A stretch of 64,000 bases of DNA from Candidatus Poribacteria bacterium (lineage in GTDB: Bacteria > Poribacteria > WGA-4E > WGA-3G): assembly GCA_963665235.2 (NCBI GenBank), contig CAXXLX010000001.1:3616001-3680000 (forward strand), written 5' to 3'. The notes below the pieces were generated by a model. The model was not told the DNA's origin. It made no database searches and worked only from the letters and a program-made list of their open reading frames with translations. The translations under genes were made by a program, and so were the position numbers. Positions 47,300-56,821 of the stretch are shown here, in pieces; the first letter of the stretch is position 1; the number at the start of each line of letters is the position of its first letter.

Positions 47300-49987
47300 C
47301 TACTTTTCCGCTTTTGCTTTCAAATCGTAGAGGATGTTTACAGCATCTAGCGGTGTTACCTGCGCGAGCTCTAACTGTCGTATTTCTTCAATGAGTGGAT
47401 GCGTTTTAGGTGTGAAAAGTGCCATCTGTAGTGCATCGTTCTGTAGCATTTTTCGAGAGACGCGTCGTTGCGGTTTCGGCATTTTTGGGTTCGCTTTCGG
47501 GGGTTGCCCCGTTGCCGCATCCGCCTCAACGCTGATATTGTGTTGCTCAAGCACTTCAAGGATCTGTTGTGCGCGGGAAATCACGGCTTGCGGTAACCCT
47601 GCCAGCCGTGCAACGTGAATTCCGTAACTCTGGTCAGCCCCGCCGGGGACAACTTTCCGGAGGAACGTCACCTTTTGTCCATCTTCATGGACAGCGACGT
47701 TGTAATTCTTTGCACGTTTGTATTTGCTGGCAAGTTCTACCAGCTCGTGATAGTGGGTTGCGAACAACGTTTTGGCACCCATCCGTTCCTCATCGAGCAG
47801 ATATTCTGAAACTGCCCATGCGATACTGAGTCCATCAAACGTGCTTGTTCCGCGTCCGACCTCGTCAAAAATAACGAGACTTTTACGGGTGGCGTTGTTG
47901 AGGATATTGGCTGTTTCGTTCATCTCCACAAGGAAGGTGCTCTGTCCCATCACGAGGTTATCTGACGCGCCGACGCGTGTGAAAATCCGGTCTACTAAAC
48001 CGATTTTCGCTGCGGATGCTGGTACGAAACACCCGACCTGTGCCATCAATACAATCAGGGCAGTTTGCCGCAAGTACGTACTCTTGCCGCTCATATTCGG
48101 GCCCGTGATGATATGCAACTGTTCGTCATCGCAGTTGAGAAGTGTATCGTTCGGAACAAACCCCTCCTGTGTGAACAGCTGCTCGACCACCGGATGCCTG
48201 CCATCACGAATCACGATTTCATCATCAGCCGTCACAGTCGGTTTGGCATAATTGTATTTCGAGGCGATGTATGCGAAATTGGCGAGGATATCAATCATCG
48301 CAAGTGCGGCGGCAATTTTTTGGATAGCCTCTGTAAACTGTGCCACTTCGTCCCGAATCTGACCGAAGAGTTCATACTCCAGTGTCTGTATGCGGTCCTC
48401 TGCGTTTAAAACCTTTGCTTCCTGCTCCTTGAGTTCCGGGGTGATAAATCGCTCGGAGTTCCGTAGGGTTTGTCTCCGTATATAGTGGTCCGGGACCATG
48501 GAGAGGTTCGGTTTTGTCACATCAATGTAATAGCCGAAGACCTGATTGTAACCGATTTTCAAGGATTGGATACCGCTCCGTTTCCGTTCCTCCTCCTGCA
48601 TGGCGGCTATCCAGTCCTTTCCTTTTCCGACAATCTCCCGAAGTTCATCAAGTTCTTCGTTATAACCGTCACATATCACCCCCCCTTCACGGATAGTTGT
48701 GGGGGGCTCAGGGTGAATTCCACGTTCGATGAGGTCGGCAACCTCTGTAAGCGGGTCTAAGGTCCCGTTGAGGGATGTGAGCAATGTGCTCGCACAGTTT
48801 TGCAATTGTGCTTTGACATTGGGAATCAGGCGCAGGGAGTCTTTGAGTGAATGCAGATCGCGTCCGTTGACAGAGCCGAGGCTGATACGCGAGATGAGCC
48901 TTTCAATATCGTACATCTGTTGAAGTGCTTCACGCAAGTCCTCCTGTAGACCAATCTGGGTTTTGAGTTCGTCGACTGCGCTGAGACGTTCCTCAATTTC
49001 TTTTTCATTGAGCAGCGGTTTCAAGAGGCATTGGCGCATTTTTCTACCGCCCATGGATGTTACCGTCTGGTCTAGAACTTCAAGCAGCGTCCCTTTTTCG
49101 GAGCCGTCGCGAATAGAGGTTGTCAGTTCAAGATTGCGTTGTGTGTCGGCATCCAATACCATAAAATCGGCGAGGGTGTAGGTGTGCAGCGAGAGAATGT
49201 GCTCAACCTCCTGTTTTTGTGTTTCGTTTAGGTAATAGATAAGGGCACCGGCGGCACATATAGCGGTGGAGAGGTGTTCGCATCCGAATCCATCCAGCGA
49301 AATGGTTTGGAAGTGTGTGAGGAGTTCTGTTCGGGCTGTATCTTCATCAAATCGCCAATCAGGTAAAGAATTGAGTGTCACTTTGAGTTCGGTTTTGAGC
49401 CTGTCGAACATTGTCTCATCCTCGAAGGTGTCGGAGAAGAGACACTCTTTTGGAGAAAAGCGGTGTATCTCTGCCCAGAGACGTTCGCTATCCGTAAGTT
49501 CGGTTACCATAAATTCACCCGTTGACAGATCGGCGATTGCTAACCCGTACGTGTCTTTGTTGTTGAGATAAATTGAGATAAGATAATTGTTAATCTTCTG
49601 CTCAAGTGCCTTCGGGTCAGTTACGGTGCCGGGCGTAACAATTCGGACGATATCGCGTTTGACAAGTCGGTTTTCTTCGCGTGCCTTTTTGGCATCCTCT
49701 ACCTGCTCCAAAATTGCGACCTTATGTCCAGCTTTGACAAGCTTGTAGAGATAGGAGTCTAGGGCGTGGTGAGGTATACCGGCCATCGGCGGTGATGGCT
49801 CTTTCTGATTTTTATGACTTCTGGCAGTCAAAGTGATTTCAAGCAGCCGGGAAATTAATTCTGCATCTTCAAAGAAAGCTTCGTAGAAATCACCCACGCG
49901 GCAGAGTAGAATAGCGTCTTCGTTCTGTTTTTTTACCTGTTTATAGATTTCCATCAATGATGGTTCAGATTGTTTCAAACGTGACAT
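47300..49987 (-). CDS. mutS: DNA mismatch repair protein MutS
   Basis: GDFYE, VTPGT, GRHPVVE, TGPNMSGKST, STFLVEM, DEVGRGTS and ATHYHEL motifs. Confidence 0.97.
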   Translation of the reverse strand: MSRLKQSEPSLMEIYKQVKKQNEDAILLCRVGDFYEAFFEDAELISRLLEITLTARSHKNQKEPSPPMAGIPHHALDSYLYKLVKAGHKVAILEQVEDAKKAREENRLVKRDIVRIVTPGTVTDPKALEQKINNYLISIYLNNKDTYGLAIADLSTGEFMVTELTDSERLWAEIHRFSPKECLFSDTFEDETMFDRLKTELKVTLNSLPDWRFDEDTARTELLTHFQTISLDGFGCEHLSTAICAAGALIYYLNETQKQEVEHILSLHTYTLADFMVLDADTQRNLELTTSIRDGSEKGTLLEVLDQTVTSMGGRKMRQCLLKPLLNEKEIEERLSAVDELKTQIGLQEDLREALQQMYDIERLISRISLGSVNGRDLHSLKDSLRLIPNVKAQLQNCASTLLTSLNGTLDPLTEVADLIERGIHPEPPTTIREGGVICDGYNEELDELREIVGKGKDWIAAMQEEERKRSGIQSLKIGYNQVFGYYIDVTKPNLSMVPDHYIRRQTLRNSERFITPELKEQEAKVLNAEDRIQTLEYELFGQIRDEVAQFTEAIQKIAAALAMIDILANFAYIASKYNYAKPTVTADDEIVIRDGRHPVVEQLFTQEGFVPNDTLLNCDDEQLHIITGPNMSGKSTYLRQTALIVLMAQVGCFVPASAAKIGLVDRIFTRVGASDNLVMGQSTFLVEMNETANILNNATRKSLVIFDEVGRGTSTFDGLSIAWAVSEYLLDEERMGAKTLFATHYHELVELASKYKRAKNYNVAVHEDGQKVTFLRKVVPGGADQSYGIHVARLAGLPQAVISRAQQILEVLEQHNISVEADAATGQPPKANPKMPKPQRRVSRKMLQNDALQMALFTPKTHPLIEEIRQLELAQVTPLDAVNILYDLKAKAEK

Positions 49988-50299
49988 ATCTGTCTCCTTG
50001 TCGTTATTTCGGTCTGTTTTTTTTAACCACGAAAAGTTTCTTTTAATACCATAGCATGGATTATATTCTATGTCAAGCTTTTTTTAATTGGGCACCAGGG
50101 CCATTTAGTTCTCGATATTTTTCGCCGGTGTTTTCAACACCCGTCTTATGTAGGAGCGAGCTGGGCTCGCGATAGGAAGGAACGAGCTGCAGGTTACCCA
50201 AATGTCAAGGTGCATTCAAAAATCGAGTTAGGATTCTGCAAGAGGTGGGTAAATATTTTGTCAAAAGGAGAGTTGGGACGGATGAGCTCCTGGTCAAAT

Positions 50300-51025
50300 T
50301 TAGTCCTTCGTCTCGATGCCAAGATATTTCAGCTCTGCTTTGATGTCCGGAGGATACTGAATCTCGTAGAGTTTGATAGGCGCAGTGGCGAAGTGCATCT
50401 TCGGATATAACGGTCTAAAGAATCGAATACCCTCCGGATTTCTGTTCAGGAAAGAGTCTTGTGGGTCGTGCGGGGTTTGCAGCAGATGGGTTGCCTTGTG
50501 TGTTTTTAGGAAAATAAGTGCCCCACGTTCGGTAGCCGCACGGTCACTGCCTGCCGGTCCAGTATAAATGCAAGCAGCAGTTTTCGTTTCTGTATATGCT
50601 TGTGCATGTGTGGACCGCCATGTGGAAATCACCCCACAATCACCGATATATGTAGGCGTTGCACGCGAGGCATCTCCTGCGTCACCACCTATTTTGTCTA
50701 CGCCATTAATAATTACTTTAGCCAAAACTGCCCGAACTTTTCCATATCCAGAGGCTACTGTTGAGATACGAATATCTACAGTATCTCTGGCTTTCCATTC
50801 AAATGTGACCGGGTGATATATCCCTGGACCACTTGAGTTCTGACAGTCTTTGTAGTCATGTGATACCATCCCACACGTTCCATACCTTGTTACCTTCCCC
50901 GTGCTAGCGGAAATAAATGGTTCCCCAATAGTGACTGTAGATTCTCCTCCGGGGGTTTGCGTTAAACCAATGCTTGTAAAACCGAGGGAAAAGATTAAAG
51001 TCAATAAGAACAATCGTTTAAACAT
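50300..51025 (-). CDS. Secreted Cys-containing hypothetical protein
   Basis: RBS aaggag; signal peptide MFKRLFLLTLIFSLGFTSIG. Confidence 0.7.
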   Translation of the reverse strand: MFKRLFLLTLIFSLGFTSIGLTQTPGGESTVTIGEPFISASTGKVTRYGTCGMVSHDYKDCQNSSGPGIYHPVTFEWKARDTVDIRISTVASGYGKVRAVLAKVIINGVDKIGGDAGDASRATPTYIGDCGVISTWRSTHAQAYTETKTAACIYTGPAGSDRAATERGALIFLKTHKATHLLQTPHDPQDSFLNRNPEGIRFFRPLYPKMHFATAPIKLYEIQYPPDIKAELKYLGIETKD

Positions 51026-51065
51026 AATTAGCTCCTTGTTGCAAATAGCTCTGGAAATTTTATAG

Positions 51066-51816
51066 TTAATAGGCAGGTAAATGTCCTAGTCCCCATTCTT
51101 CGTATAGTTTGGCGCGCATTTCTTTGGCTCTACGCCTTATTTCATTTTGGTACGCTTCTGTCTCATACAGAGAGGTTGGAGCTATAACAGAATATGTAAA
51201 ATCAGGAATTTCACCTTGTGCTGATGCTTTGAATGCCTCAATTTTAGCGGTAATACGTGCGTATTCCGCGTCATCCTTGTTCTCATATGCAGCCTCTAGC
51301 TCACTCACCAATTTTTGATAGTGTGCATACTGTTCGGGCGTAGGCGCGAAATCAATACGTGTAAACACGTTAAAGATAGGTTCATAGTAGCTGAACAAAC
51401 GAGGTTTGCCGTTTTCGTCTAATACCGTGGTATTATCGGCGTGCACGCGATAGTAGAAACCTTCAGGGGGCGGTTTAAGTCCAAAGCTTGCATAAAACTC
51501 TTCTTCGGTGATATCCGGTTTTTCGGTGACTATTCGATAGTTTTTTTCCTTGAAGTGGAGGCAGTTGTGTTTTATGCCAATGGTCGCCATGCCAATATCC
51601 GCTCGTTTCGGTTTCACCAGGGGGCGGTGGTTTGGCAGCACCCTGTGCGTTCCGTTCGGCGATGTCATCCTTAATCTTTTGGATAACTTCCGGTGACGGA
51701 GGTTCATAAACAACATCAGGTTCCATGTCGACGTTCCGCTGCGTCAGCAGGAAAACACCAACCGTGAATAGGATAACAATGAAGACAGCTATTCCCCAAT
51801 ACATTTTTCTACGCAT
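51066..51816 (-). pseudogene. Membrane-anchored protein with GYWHGDHWH motif, split by a frameshift at an A7 run (51541-51547)
   Basis: RBS aggagg + TM + KPPPPGET..GYWHGDHWH in ORF 51475-51816 continues in the frame of ORF 51066-51716. Confidence 0.7.
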
Positions 51817-51828
51817 AGTAAATCCTCC

Positions 51829-52266
51829 TTATTTTCGACTATCCCTTATATCGCCGAGGTGCTGCGATAGAGGGCATTTGACAGATGGACACGGTGATTT
51901 TTCCGGGAGCTCCTTGTTACAGGTCCATTCTATACAAGCGGGAGCGTCTGTTTGTGTCGCAGCAATCCGTTTGATTGTGCCAAACAGCAGGCACCCACCC
52001 ATCAAAACAATCAGAGCCGTGGTGAAGCCTATCTTGCGCCAGCGGTGCCTTTTCGGTTGCGGAGTGTCCTGATGTTTTAGGGACAGAAACCCCCATAACG
52101 AAATAGCAAAGGCGACGACACTGAGGCGAAGCCCGTGCTGCGCAAAAAAGAGCGCACAGAACGAACTTACGATGAGACCTCCAAATGCAGCCACGGCGGC
52201 TCTATTGACGTTCGTTGTTAAAAGTTTCGTTTTCACAATTATATATCCTCCGCTAAAATCTGTCAA
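51829..52266 (-). CDS. Hypothetical membrane protein
   Basis: Three hydrophobic segments and a Cys-rich tail; start probably GTG near 52236. Confidence 0.5.
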   Translation of the reverse strand: MTDFSGGYIIVKTKLLTTNVNRAAVAAFGGLIVSSFCALFFAQHGLRLSVVAFAISLWGFLSLKHQDTPQPKRHRWRKIGFTTALIVLMGGCLLFGTIKRIAATQTDAPACIEWTCNKELPEKSPCPSVKCPLSQHLGDIRDSRK

Positions 52267-52866
52267 GTTGCCTCGAAGCGTTAATTGTTCCGTTATAGCT
52301 TATCGTTGTGCACAGTCCGCTTTCGCGCAAGAATAACATGCTTTGAAGCATGCGCCACTGCAACGAAAAAAGCCCGTGACACGAGACACGTCGTGTGAGA
52401 CGAAGTGCCTGTCCGGGCGCGAAGATATCGCAGCGACTAACGTCTGCGCTGTGACTTTGTAAATTGAAATAATTAACGATTGCGAAATAACTAAGGGGGG
52501 GGGGATGTTATCGAAGAGTTAAAACACATCGAAAATAGCACGCGCTGACCTAGCCTGCTCCTGCACAGAAAACAGGCGGCAGCGACTATGACATTCTCTG
52601 TTGTGGTGTTAATATGTCCGTTTCGCATTTATCAATTCCCCCGTGCCGTGCGGTAAAATATGACTTGTAGCACGGCAACTTTCAACTTGCTACCAAAGTT
52701 ATGTCACATGCACCTAATATCCTGAACTATAATGAATTACGTTTGTCCCCGCACTTCGGTTACATACAAAAAATATCAACCCACTCTTCCACCCTGCTAC
52801 CCCACCGTTTTTTCTTGACAATTGAACGTGTTAGGGTGTATCATGACATGAAATTTATTGAGGAAT

Positions 52867-53748
52867 ATGGATGCAATCGTGCAGACTCCACTATATCAGT
52901 TTTATACGAAAAAAGAGGTAGCAGGAGCATGCTGGAAACATTTCGTGGAAACCCTCCCATCCCTAAATAGAACGGTCGATGCGCTGTTTTTCGTAGAGCC
53001 TTCCGCTGGCACCGGAGCGTTTTACGAACGTTTGCCCCAGCATCGTAGGTTGGGAATAGATATTGCCCCGAAATGTAAGGATGTGATACCGCAAGATTTT
53101 TTTATGGTGACCCACCTCCCGTTCAAACCGCGAGACACCGTTGTTATCGGGAATCCACCGTTTGGTAAACGCGGAAAATTAGCGATAGCTTTTTTTAATC
53201 ACGCCGCCACGATGGCAGATATTGTCGCCTTTATTGTACCTGTCAATTTCCGAAAGTTTACTGTCCATAAGCAGCTCAATGCTAGCATGCGGCTTATCGG
53301 AAAATTGGCACTGCCAAGAGATGCCTTTCAAGACGACACCGGTAAACCGCTTTCGGTCAATACAGAGTTTCAGATATGGACTCGAACGGCAAGCGAACAT
53401 CGGGACATGCGACAATATAAACGTTTACCGATATCTCATCAAGATTTTCAGATATGGCAATATAATAACACGCCTGCTGCACTGAAGGTGTTTCAGAATA
53501 CGTTTGACTTTGCCGTACCGTGTCAGGGATGGCAAGATTATTCCCGAAAAGAGACAGATGAAAAGCGGTGTGAACGGAATAAACAGTGGATTCTGATAAA
53601 AGCAAATAACGCCAACGTCTTAGCGCGGTTGAGACGTATCAATTACGAACAGCTCGCGGAAGAATGTGGCACGGCTGTCCCCGGATTCCGAAAGGGTGAC
53701 CTAGTAAAAGCCTATTCAGAACTTCCGGATGTTCAACCGAAACAGTAG
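52867..53748 (+). CDS. Orphan N6-adenine DNA methyltransferase-like protein
   Basis: QFYT, VEPSAGTGAF (motif I) and VIGNPPFG (motif IV). Confidence 0.8.
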   Translation: MDAIVQTPLYQFYTKKEVAGACWKHFVETLPSLNRTVDALFFVEPSAGTGAFYERLPQHRRLGIDIAPKCKDVIPQDFFMVTHLPFKPRDTVVIGNPPFGKRGKLAIAFFNHAATMADIVAFIVPVNFRKFTVHKQLNASMRLIGKLALPRDAFQDDTGKPLSVNTEFQIWTRTASEHRDMRQYKRLPISHQDFQIWQYNNTPAALKVFQNTFDFAVPCQGWQDYSRKETDEKRCERNKQWILIKANNANVLARLRRINYEQLAEECGTAVPGFRKGDLVKAYSELPDVQPKQ

Positions 53749-54742
53749 GAGAAATTTGAACACGAAGCGACTTCGGAGAATTGCCAGAATCGTTTTACCG
53801 ACAGCCCTGGCAATTGTTATCAGCTACTTTCTTTTAAAAGAGATTGATGTCAAAGAGATACCGAAAACCCTCAGCCGTTTGTCAAAACAGGCAGTGTTAA
53901 TCGGGTTCGGGTGTTATTGTCTGCTTGTCTGGGCAAAATCTTTACGATTTCGGGCACTGCTCGGGCTCGAGTGTGGGACGTATCAGATTTTTCCAATCTT
54001 AGCGTTACACACGTTTTGGGGCAATTTTCTCCCGATGCGGACAGGCGACCTCTCTTATATCTATCTGATGCAACGGCGACAGAACGTAGAGGCAACACAG
54101 GGTATCGCTTCACTTCTGATTGCTAGCCTGATTGACCTTGTCCTGCTAATCGGTTTGATGGTTACCACCGCCTCGCTGCTGCTTTCAAAATTGAGCGGCA
54201 AACTTCCCTGGACCTTCCTCTATCTCATGCCGCTGATAATCGGGATAGGGTTGATAACGGTGATAGTTTTCGCGTGCGTTGCACCTAACGTTTGTAACAC
54301 GCTCGCCTCTATATGTGCCAAACCGCTATTGCGTCTAAAGAGGGCCCCTCTCAGCTGGGTTGTCAACAAAGGTTTGACAGTGCTTCAGGAAATCACAGCG
54401 TTTCGGTTGAACCTGCGTTTTCTGAAAGTTTGGATGTATTCCGTCCTATGTCTTGCAATCCGCTTTGGGTTTCAGTGCTATCTTGTCGTTGAGATGGGGG
54501 TTGATATTCCGCTGACTGAAGTGCTGTTCGCGCTTGCATTTACAAACGGTTTTAACCTTTTACCGATTCAGACCGTCGGGAACTTCGGAACGACCGAATT
54601 TCCGTTTGTCTGGTTGTTATCACTTTTCGGTACATCGAAAGAGACCGCCACCGTCACAGGGTTTAGTTTGCATCTGCTGATTCTGCTCTACTGCCTGCCG
54701 TTAGGTGTATACGGCTTCTTCAGAAAACCGAAGGAGAAATAA
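53729..54742 (+). CDS. Lysylphosphatidylglycerol synthase TM/flippase-like membrane protein
   Basis: Multi-TM; LRF, NFLPMRTGD and P....GNFGTTE motifs. Confidence 0.82.
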   Translation: MFNRNSRRNLNTKRLRRIARIVLPTALAIVISYFLLKEIDVKEIPKTLSRLSKQAVLIGFGCYCLLVWAKSLRFRALLGLECGTYQIFPILALHTFWGNFLPMRTGDLSYIYLMQRRQNVEATQGIASLLIASLIDLVLLIGLMVTTASLLLSKLSGKLPWTFLYLMPLIIGIGLITVIVFACVAPNVCNTLASICAKPLLRLKRAPLSWVVNKGLTVLQEITAFRLNLRFLKVWMYSVLCLAIRFGFQCYLVVEMGVDIPLTEVLFALAFTNGFNLLPIQTVGNFGTTEFPFVWLLSLFGTSKETATVTGFSLHLLILLYCLPLGVYGFFRKPKEK

Positions 54743-54743
54743 A

Positions 54744-55565
54744 ATGAGAATTATCGACCCACACGTTCATGTGTGGAAAAATGATGCCCGATTTCCCTGG
54801 GCACCCGAAACGAGAAGACCCCCCGCCGAGGATGCTACAGCAGAAATGTTGATGGCGTTGATGGAAGAAAATGGCGTTGAAAAAACTGTACTGGTACAGG
54901 TCATTCACTATCGCTGGGATAATAGCTACGCCGCAGATGCCATGAAACGGTACCCGGATAAGTTCATGGGTGTTTGCCGAATTAATCCGGAAGACCCGGA
55001 GGCACCAGCACATCTCAGTCGGTGGACAGAGGAGGCGGGGTTTCACGGCGTTCGCTTGAGCCCCTCTGTTGGGCCCGATGGTGATTGGTTCACCGGCCCC
55101 CTCATGCCGCCTATCTTTAGCCGGGCGGAAGCACTCGGTGTCCCGATGCTGCTTCTTACGAGGGCAGAACGTTTGGTAGACCTCGTTCCACTCTTAGAAA
55201 AATACAGTGACCTCGATGTCATAATCGATCACATGGCAGATTGTTCGCCTGACGCGCCTGAAAAACTGCAATTGCTCCTGAACCTCGCACGGTTTCCCCG
55301 TGTCTATGTGAAGATTAGCCATACCTGGTCCATCTCTAAAACGGATTACCCGTGGGCTGATACACATGAACAGGTTAAGAAGGTATATCACACCTTTGGA
55401 GGCAACCGAATCATGTGGGGGACCGATTGGCCCGTCTGTCTAAGCAGAGCAAGTTATGCCCAAACCCTGTCTGTCGTTAGAGATGAAATGGATTTTTTTA
55501 CACCGGAAGATAGGGAATGGGTGCTTGGGAAAACAGCACTGCAACTCTGGCGATTCAAAGCCTAA
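54744..55565 (+). CDS. Amidohydrolase_2 family metal-dependent hydrolase
   Basis: IIDPHVHVW, GVR, IDHM, VKIS and MWGTDWP motifs. Confidence 0.9.
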   Translation: MRIIDPHVHVWKNDARFPWAPETRRPPAEDATAEMLMALMEENGVEKTVLVQVIHYRWDNSYAADAMKRYPDKFMGVCRINPEDPEAPAHLSRWTEEAGFHGVRLSPSVGPDGDWFTGPLMPPIFSRAEALGVPMLLLTRAERLVDLVPLLEKYSDLDVIIDHMADCSPDAPEKLQLLLNLARFPRVYVKISHTWSISKTDYPWADTHEQVKKVYHTFGGNRIMWGTDWPVCLSRASYAQTLSVVRDEMDFFTPEDREWVLGKTALQLWRFKA

Positions 55566-55587
55566 GTCAGATATTTGTAAAAGATTC

Positions 55588-55616
55588 TTGACATCCCGAC
55601 AGTTTCCTGCTATAAT
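55588..55616 (+). promoter_or_regulatory. Consensus sigma70 promoter of the small two-gene operon
   Basis: TTGACA-17bp-TATAAT with extended TG. Confidence 0.75.
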
Positions 55617-55660
55617 AATTGAATGGTATCTGATGAATCGATTGGTAAAGATAGGCTAGA

Positions 55661-55897
55661 ATGGATTTTGAAATCGTTGGAGAAATCAAGCAGATCGAAA
55701 CAATTAGTCGCGGCAATGGTATTCGGAATCACGCGCGTTTAGAACGTCAATACGGCTCAGGTAGGTGGCGTAAGCTAAAGGGAGTAGCATACGTCCAGTT
55801 GGTTGATGGTTCAGTCCATCTTGCTGAGATCCATTGGTATCAAGCTGACAACATTGGCAAGAGAGAATTTAAAATTAAACTCCCGTTTCTTGATTGA
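55661..55897 (+). CDS. Small conserved-looking hypothetical protein, putative toxin
   Basis: 78 aa; IR...RL...YG.G.W.K.KG...AEIHWYQ...IG..EFKIK. Confidence 0.75.
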   Translation: MDFEIVGEIKQIETISRGNGIRNHARLERQYGSGRWRKLKGVAYVQLVDGSVHLAEIHWYQADNIGKREFKIKLPFLD

Positions 55898-55899
55898 AG

Positions 55900-56136
55900 A
55901 TGGACAAAAAAGAGAATCAATTTCCGCAATTTGGTCTGTGTCTTAATAATGAAGGGTACACCGCCTCTCTTGAGGTAGGAAAAGTGTATCGCGTTATCCC
56001 TGATGATCAAGCAGGAGCTCATGGCTATATTCGCGTCGTAGACGAAAGCGGTGAAGATTACGCCTATGCGGCCAACCGTTTTCACTTAATTCAACTGCCC
56101 ATCGCTGTTGAAAAAGCACTGTTGTCCGCCCGGTGA
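55900..56136 (+). CDS. Small conserved-looking hypothetical protein, putative antitoxin/immunity protein
   Basis: SLEVGKVY.V....YIRVVDESGEDY.Y...RF; abuts the upstream gene. Confidence 0.75.
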   Translation: MDKKENQFPQFGLCLNNEGYTASLEVGKVYRVIPDDQAGAHGYIRVVDESGEDYAYAANRFHLIQLPIAVEKALLSAR

Positions 56137-56278
56137 GTAAGACCGAAAAAACCCTTGATAATTGGGACAGGAAAACCGAACCGCTCATCCTGTCTCTGAC
56201 GATTTTAAAACGATTGACAAATTTTGTGACGTGTGCTATCATAGTTTCAAACACATAATCGTTGCGGAGGAAAAGACT

Positions 56279-56638
56279 ATGCCGTTTTGTCCACAGTGCG
56301 ACACGGAATATCAAAAGAACATCTCAACATGTCCAGATTGCAAAGAGGATGTTATCCCTAGCACTGCACCAACCCAAGGTACGGAACATGTTGACTGGTA
56401 CGCTGTTGAGTCTGTGCCGGATGAGGTCGCTGGCAATATCCTCAAAAGTGTTTTGGAGAATGAAGGAATTGATGTCTATTTACGCTCCCATGATATGCCC
56501 GCCCTCGGTGGCGTAATGGGAAATGCAGCGAAATCCGAATGGGGAGATATCCTTGTACCGACAAATTGCGTCGCTCATGCACAGGAATGCCTCAAGACCT
56601 ATTTTGAGTCAATACGGGAGAACGTTGACACGAATTGA
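56279..56638 (+). CDS. Zinc-ribbon + DUF2007-like small protein
   Basis: MPFCPQC..EY.....CPDC, then ILKSVLENEGI...ILVP. Confidence 0.8.
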   Translation: MPFCPQCDTEYQKNISTCPDCKEDVIPSTAPTQGTEHVDWYAVESVPDEVAGNILKSVLENEGIDVYLRSHDMPALGGVMGNAAKSEWGDILVPTNCVAHAQECLKTYFESIRENVDTN

Positions 56639-56821
56639 CCTAAACCAACGTGAGCTTGATAATAAATATCCGTTTGCTCCAAACCTTTTTCACCGCGAAA
56701 AAAGCAGCATAATGGTAGCACATACTTCCTAGTTTGTGCGGTTTTTTGCTAAAACTACCAGAGAACGCTCTAGGTCAAAACTTTTTTCAAACTCGCGTTA
56801 AACCATTTTCTGTAGTCCGTT

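Noticed and set aside
18092-50102. Shared 12-mer ggcaccagggcc downstream of both anchored/secreted ORFan pairs
   Set aside because: It is short, lies in opposite orientation relative to the two cassettes, and has no further supporting similarity.
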